From positions 5,654 to 69,653 of the forward strand of contig JACQBK010000016.1 of NCBI GenBank assembly GCA_016194505.1: a stretch of DNA of 64,000 bases, in the 5' to 3' direction. Source of the DNA: Ignavibacteriales bacterium (GTDB lineage Bacteria; Bacteroidota; Ignavibacteria; UBA10030). How positions within the stretch are numbered: position 1 is the first letter of the stretch; every line of letters starts with the position of its first letter. Position numbers and translations under genes: made by a program. A model generated the notes under the pieces. It was given only the letters and a program-made list of their open reading frames with translations, made no database searches and had not been told where the DNA came from. Shown one piece after another: positions 59,497-64,000 of the stretch.

Positions 59497-60246
59497 TTAG
59501 AACGAAGTAATAATGAGCTTGATTGCAGCCAAAACAAGAACAACAGCAAGAAGCCGTCTCAAAACCATGCCGGAAAGCTTATTTGCGCCGTAATAAGAGC
59601 CTACTATTCCTCCAAGAAATGCGGCAAGAATTAACGGAGCAACACCGCCGAACTGGAATCCACCCCGAAGAAATCTTCCCCCTAATCCCGCCAGTGAATT
59701 TACAACGATAAAAAGTGCCGAAACAGCGGATGTTCGCTTCGGATCAGCCCAACGCATAAGCAACAGCATGGGGCTGAGGAAAATCCCTCCGCCGACACCA
59801 ACTACTCCTGAAAGCAAGCCTATTGCTCCCCCTATGGCAAGGGAAACAACGAAGTTGACATCCTTGTTTGAATCTTCGGCAGAGGAAGGTGACAATGAAA
59901 TTCCTAAACGAAAAGCCGCCGCTAATAATACTAACGCCAAAATCAAAAAGTACGTTCGGTCAGAAATATCCAGTACACCACCGACGAACGCTGCCGGAAT
60001 GGATAAGAGCATAAAGGGTCCTGCAAGCTTCAAGGATAAATGCCCTGCCCGATAATAAGCGATGAGCGAAATCGTAGCAACAAGAACATTCAGTATCAGT
60101 GCAGTTGAAGACATAATTGCCGGAGCTACCGCAAACAGCGAGAGCACGGCAAGGTACCCCGATGCTCCGCCATGACCGACCGAGGAATACAAGACGGCAA
60201 CGATAAAAATGAGAAGCGAGACAACGAGAAGCGTTACCGGCTCCAT
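59497..60246 (-). CDS. TauE/SafE (DUF81) family membrane anion exporter
   Basis: Two-fold repeated TM topology with GxGGG motifs (..VGHGGASGY.., ..VGVGGGIFLSP..). Confidence 0.75.
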   Translation of the reverse strand: MEPVTLLVVSLLIFIVAVLYSSVGHGGASGYLAVLSLFAVAPAIMSSTALILNVLVATISLIAYYRAGHLSLKLAGPFMLLSIPAAFVGGVLDISDRTYFLILALVLLAAAFRLGISLSPSSAEDSNKDVNFVVSLAIGGAIGLLSGVVGVGGGIFLSPMLLLMRWADPKRTSAVSALFIVVNSLAGLGGRFLRGGFQFGGVAPLILAAFLGGIVGSYYGANKLSGMVLRRLLAVVLVLAAIKLIITSF

Positions 60247-60249
60247 AGA

Positions 60250-61938
60250 TTATTTATTTCCTTGTTTCCATCCCGGACCACGGACAACCATTCCGGGTTT
60301 TACTCCTGTGTGCTCGCCATCCTTCAGCACTTGCTTGCCGTTGACAAAGACATGAACCATACCTGTTGCATATTGATGCGGCTTATCGAACGTTGCATGG
60401 TCACTAATGTTCGCGGGATCAAAGACAACGACATCCGCATAATAATCTTTGAGAAGTGCGCCGCGGTCTTTGATTTTTAGATTCTTAGCGGGCAACGAGG
60501 TCAATCGCCGGATTGCTTCTTCTAACGGAATAACCTTCTCTTCGCGAACGTACTTCCCCAGCAACCGCGCAACATTGCCATACGCCCGCGGATGCGGATT
60601 GGATTTCAAGAATGCTCCTTCTGGGGCAAGAGATTCGGCGTCGGAACAAAAGCTCACCCACGGAAGCGCGATTTGTTTTTTTACATTGTCTTCATCCATG
60701 AGAAAGTACACTGTGCCCACGCGCGTATCATCATCAATAACCAAATCCATCGCAGTTTCTTCGGGGGATTTGTGGCGAAGAGCAGCGATCTCCGCCAGCG
60801 TTTTACCTGTTAAATATTTAAGGCTATCTTGTTTGAAGCCGACTAACAATACATTCTTAGCCGAGCCTGCCGCTAAATACAGATTCTCCCACGTATCGGT
60901 CGGCGTGCTCATTTCCTGTTTTACGCGTTTTCGTATCGCAGGGTCTTTGAGCCGCTTCTGCCACTCTTTAAGCCCGCCTTCTTGAACCCACGGCGGCATG
61001 GATGCATCCAAACCGGTCGCACCTGCAATGTAGGTGTACATATCAGCCGTTATAACAAGACCCTCTTTGCGCGCCGCTTCCACTTTTTTTATCACATCAT
61101 CTATTTTACTCCAATTGGATTTGCCGGCGGCTTTCAAGTGATAAATCTCCGCGGGAATATCTGCCTCACTCGAAATTTTTATTAATTCATCAACTGCTTG
61201 AAGCAATTGATTCCCCTCACTGCGGATATGCGAGATATACATTCCGCCATAGCGAGAGGCAACCTTGCAAAGCTCGATAAGTTCGTCCGTCTTCGCATAG
61301 AACGCCGGCGCATAGATGAGCGAAGAACCGACACCAAGCGCCCCTTCCTCCATTGCCCGACGGACAAGACTCCGCATGTGCTCTAGTTCTTGAGGGTTCG
61401 GAGCGCGGTCGGCATAGCCAATAACATATTCACGCACGGTCGTTGCACCGATAAACGATGCAACATTGGTAGAGATACCCCGCTTAACGAGGTATTCGAG
61501 ATATTCATTCAAGCTCGTCCATTCTATTTTGTATTTTATATCTCCCTGCGTTCGCTGGATTTCCGCTTTCATGGTATCGTTCCACGGTCCGAAAGACTCC
61601 CCCTCGCCGAAAATCTCAAGCGTTACACCTTGACGAATATCGCCTTGCGATTTTCCATCTTCAATCAACGATTCGGTTGCCCAACTGAGCATATTGATAA
61701 AGCCGGGAGCGACGGCAAGACCTTGAGCATCAATCTCCCTTCGTCCTCGGACATTCTCCCATTTTCCAACGCCGGCAATTTTTCCATTATTCATGAGAAC
61801 ATCCGCAACGACGGGTGGCGAGCCGCTGCCATCGTAGACTGTCCCATTGCGGATAACGACATCATATTCTGTAACGCGCGAACAGGAAGAGAATAAGCAT
61901 ATAAAGAAAACAACAATTATTCCTTTAAAAAATTTCAT
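60250..61938 (-). CDS. Lipoprotein amidohydrolase, N-acyl-D-amino-acid deacylase (D-aminoacylase) family
   Basis: Lipobox LFSSC. ..DVVIRNGTVYDGSG..ADVLMNNGKIAGVG.. and the metal-binding region ..GFINMLSWATESL... 560 aa. Confidence 0.65.
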   Translation of the reverse strand: MKFFKGIIVVFFICLFSSCSRVTEYDVVIRNGTVYDGSGSPPVVADVLMNNGKIAGVGKWENVRGRREIDAQGLAVAPGFINMLSWATESLIEDGKSQGDIRQGVTLEIFGEGESFGPWNDTMKAEIQRTQGDIKYKIEWTSLNEYLEYLVKRGISTNVASFIGATTVREYVIGYADRAPNPQELEHMRSLVRRAMEEGALGVGSSLIYAPAFYAKTDELIELCKVASRYGGMYISHIRSEGNQLLQAVDELIKISSEADIPAEIYHLKAAGKSNWSKIDDVIKKVEAARKEGLVITADMYTYIAGATGLDASMPPWVQEGGLKEWQKRLKDPAIRKRVKQEMSTPTDTWENLYLAAGSAKNVLLVGFKQDSLKYLTGKTLAEIAALRHKSPEETAMDLVIDDDTRVGTVYFLMDEDNVKKQIALPWVSFCSDAESLAPEGAFLKSNPHPRAYGNVARLLGKYVREEKVIPLEEAIRRLTSLPAKNLKIKDRGALLKDYYADVVVFDPANISDHATFDKPHQYATGMVHVFVNGKQVLKDGEHTGVKPGMVVRGPGWKQGNK

Positions 61939-62000
61939 AAGGAGATCCTTATTGCGTGAGAAAATACAGCACACATTCAATGTTTCGATTTGTTGTGAAA

Positions 62001-63692
62001 TTAACGCAGTCGATCTTGCAGTTTTTTCAGCTCTCGTTGAGCTTCTTCATCCATTGGATTCATCCTCACAACTACTTCGAATTCATGCAGTGCATTATGA
62101 ACTTTTCCCTGTTCAGCAAGAAGTAATCCCATATTAAAATGTGCCGCCGCAAGGTTAGAATCGGCATGAATGGCTTTAGCGTATTGCTCAATGGCTTCAA
62201 CTTGCTTTCCCTGCTTTGTCAGTGATACTCCCCAATCGATGTAGGCGTTCGTAAGACTCGAGTCAAGGCGCAATGTCTCGCGATATTGGTCAATAGCTTC
62301 TTCGTACTTCGTTTCATCTTTCAAGACATTTCCGAGATTGTAATGAGCAACCGCAAATGATGGATATAGTTCGAGAGTTTTTAAGAAATGAGCGCGAGCG
62401 TCTTCAAGATGTCCTTCTTTCATCAATGCCCAGGCCAGATTATGATGGGCAAGCCAGTTATTTTCTGTTACTGCGATCGTATGCTCAAAAAGAGTTCTGC
62501 CATTTTCCCAGTACCGGGTTTGCTTCCACGTAAGAAACGAAAGAGTAGCAACTATAACCATTGCCGAAAACGCCAAAATAGTCTTTGAGTGAGAAACATG
62601 TCGAAAGCCTTCTGCAATTCCCCATGTAATCACGATAAAAAGACCAATGTGCGGAAGATACATATAACGATCCGCCATCGCCTGAGCGCCAACCTGTACC
62701 AACCCAATGACAGGAACGAGCGTTCCCACAAACCACAGCCATCCGACTACGCCATAGGGATGATTTTTTGCTTTCGCTATAGCCAATCCTGTGATCAGCA
62801 ATAAGAGGATACCCGAGCCAATCACTTGCCACAATGGAAGTGTTTCCCCAACGTGGGGATAAAACACCGCAAGATTGATCGGAACAAATGTTTTCACAAT
62901 ATATGTCACATATGACACAAGCGCATTAGCAATACGAACGGCAAGCGATGTACTATCAAGAGTGGAAACGGCTTTCCCTGCTTTCTGCACAAGATACGTG
63001 ATGTTGCTGGAAAGGAGAGCAAGTACGAAGAGCCAAAATTTTTCCCATGACAAATCCGAGATACGGCTGGAAAAGCCAGCCGCTCCCATATTCAATCTCT
63101 TTAATGGCCAATAATCAAGCAGAAGAAGAATAAAGGGCACCGTAACAAGCATTGGCTTGGACATCAAGCCTAACGCATAGACAATCCATACAACAATAAA
63201 TCGCCAGCTTGACGGCGTTTGGACATACACTGTATACGCGTAAACTGTCAGGAGAAAAAACATCATACTCAATACGTCTTTGCGCTCTGCAATCCATGCG
63301 ACGGATTCAACATGCAACGGGTGAAGCGCAAAGAGCGCGGCAACAACAAGGCTGTGCCATTCGTTCCCCGTTAAGCGAAACAACACAAAAAAAAGGAGAA
63401 CGATATTGACGCAATGAAAAACAAGATTGACGAGGTGATGCTTGCCGGGATCAAGCCCAAAGATTTGTACATCTGCGGTATGACTCAGCCATGTCAGCGG
63501 GTGCCAGTTTGATGCGTGCCCTGATGTAAACGCCCACGAGATGTTCTCCCGCGTAAAACCGCTTTGAACATGTTCATTGTTTTGAACATACTTGTCGTCA
63601 TCATAAGGAATAAAATCATGATGGCTCACCTGCCAATAAATGCCAATAGTCAGAAGAACTATTAGAAAAAGAATAACGCGAGGATTCTTCAT
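62001..63692 (-). CDS. GT-C-fold membrane glycosyltransferase-like domain (DUF1736/PMT-like) fused to C-terminal TPR repeats (TMTC-like)
   Basis: About 11 TM helices, then TPR repeats (..AHYNLGNVLKDETKYEEAIDQY.., ..AHFNMGLLLAEQGKVHNALHEF..). Confidence 0.55.
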   Translation of the reverse strand: MKNPRVILFLIVLLTIGIYWQVSHHDFIPYDDDKYVQNNEHVQSGFTRENISWAFTSGHASNWHPLTWLSHTADVQIFGLDPGKHHLVNLVFHCVNIVLLFFVLFRLTGNEWHSLVVAALFALHPLHVESVAWIAERKDVLSMMFFLLTVYAYTVYVQTPSSWRFIVVWIVYALGLMSKPMLVTVPFILLLLDYWPLKRLNMGAAGFSSRISDLSWEKFWLFVLALLSSNITYLVQKAGKAVSTLDSTSLAVRIANALVSYVTYIVKTFVPINLAVFYPHVGETLPLWQVIGSGILLLLITGLAIAKAKNHPYGVVGWLWFVGTLVPVIGLVQVGAQAMADRYMYLPHIGLFIVITWGIAEGFRHVSHSKTILAFSAMVIVATLSFLTWKQTRYWENGRTLFEHTIAVTENNWLAHHNLAWALMKEGHLEDARAHFLKTLELYPSFAVAHYNLGNVLKDETKYEEAIDQYRETLRLDSSLTNAYIDWGVSLTKQGKQVEAIEQYAKAIHADSNLAAAHFNMGLLLAEQGKVHNALHEFEVVVRMNPMDEEAQRELKKLQDRLR

Positions 63693-63752
63693 ACTTACGG
63701 AATTGACGTCAATGAATACGAACAATTATGCTACTTCAGGGTGAGAAAAAAT

Positions 63753-64000
63753 TTAAATCCGGTTAACCGCTCCTCTCACAATTGGTCTTCGTAAATAAAT
63801 AATCATTCCGATGCACGGAATTATCCACAAGAAAAATCCTATCACAATCGAATAGTACCCGATGGAATTGAGAGAAGAATACTGCCCCCCTCCAATCCCG
63901 CTGAATACCGCCGAAATCAAAGATTGCATGCCTTTCCAAATATAATAACTGATAGCGGTATCAACGAACGCATTAAAAAGACCGACCCAGCATGCGATCT
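63753..64000 (-). CDS. Hypothetical membrane protein, 5' end outside the window
   Basis: Reverse-strand ORF open to the window edge (..IACWVGLFNAFVDTAISYYIWKGMQSLISAVFSGIGGGQYSSLNSIGYYSIVIGFFLWIIPCIGMIIYLRRPIVRGAVNRI*). The stop is at 63753-63755. Confidence 0.35.
   Translation of the reverse strand, partial: IACWVGLFNAFVDTAISYYIWKGMQSLISAVFSGIGGGQYSSLNSIGYYSIVIGFFLWIIPCIGMIIYLRRPIVRGAVNRI

Noticed and set aside
1-64000. rRNA, tRNA and CRISPR arrays
   Set aside because: Intergenic regions were inspected by eye. No cloverleaf-like tRNA sequences, no rRNA-like stretches and no regularly spaced direct repeats were seen. The dispersed repeats are isolated single copies, not arrays.

Overview
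This 64 kb window looks like chromosome from an FCB-group bacterium (Bacteroidetes/Ignavibacteria-like), supported by the T9SS PorU/PorV genes, T9SS C-terminal sorting domains and many outer-membrane beta-barrel genes. All calls come from reading the six-frame translations and the DNA by eye; no searches were run.

Housekeeping genes I recognise with good confidence are fbaB (partial), rlmI-like, uvrA, fpg/mutM, a DASS symporter, glgA, a gmhB-like phosphatase, rpiB, glyA, tatC, a polyprenyl synthase, ilvE, crcB plus DUF190, PiT plus DUF47, GTP-dependent PEPCK, purEK, larB, tsaC/sua5 and paaABC..D. There is also a complete ECF sigma / anti-sigma / DUF4097 operon.

Four things stand out:
- A compact lipid cluster at 41.9-46.4 kb: ilvE, a ~370-aa GNAT N-acyltransferase, a serine-palmitoyltransferase-like alpha-oxoamine synthase, and a divergently transcribed NAD-dependent epimerase-family reductase. 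This matches the bacterial ceramide (SPT / bCerS / CerR) or sulfonolipid (CapB / CapC) logic.
- A ~14 kb co-directional minus-strand cluster (15.2-29.2 kb). It holds PorU, an outer-membrane barrel, PorV, a large cargo protein with a T9SS C-terminal domain, a lipoprotein, a 1038-aa protein combining an HEXXH domain, a TolB-like propeller and an Omp85-like barrel, and a DUF5683-like protein.
- An IS200-like HuH/Y1 transposase of the REP-associated (RAYT) type at 14.3-14.9 kb. A family of dispersed multi-hairpin REP/BIME-like repeats occurs at about 10.4, 14.9, 49.0 and 55.1 kb. Two copies carry compensatory base changes in one stem.
- Sequence anomalies: uvrA is split by a frameshift; a cNMP-binding gene and a Usp gene overlap by ~90 nt across an A7 run; an AT-rich PD-(D/E)xK-like orphan sits between larB and purE; a 26-nt motif is shared by two unrelated intergenic regions.

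I recognised no rRNA, tRNA or CRISPR array.
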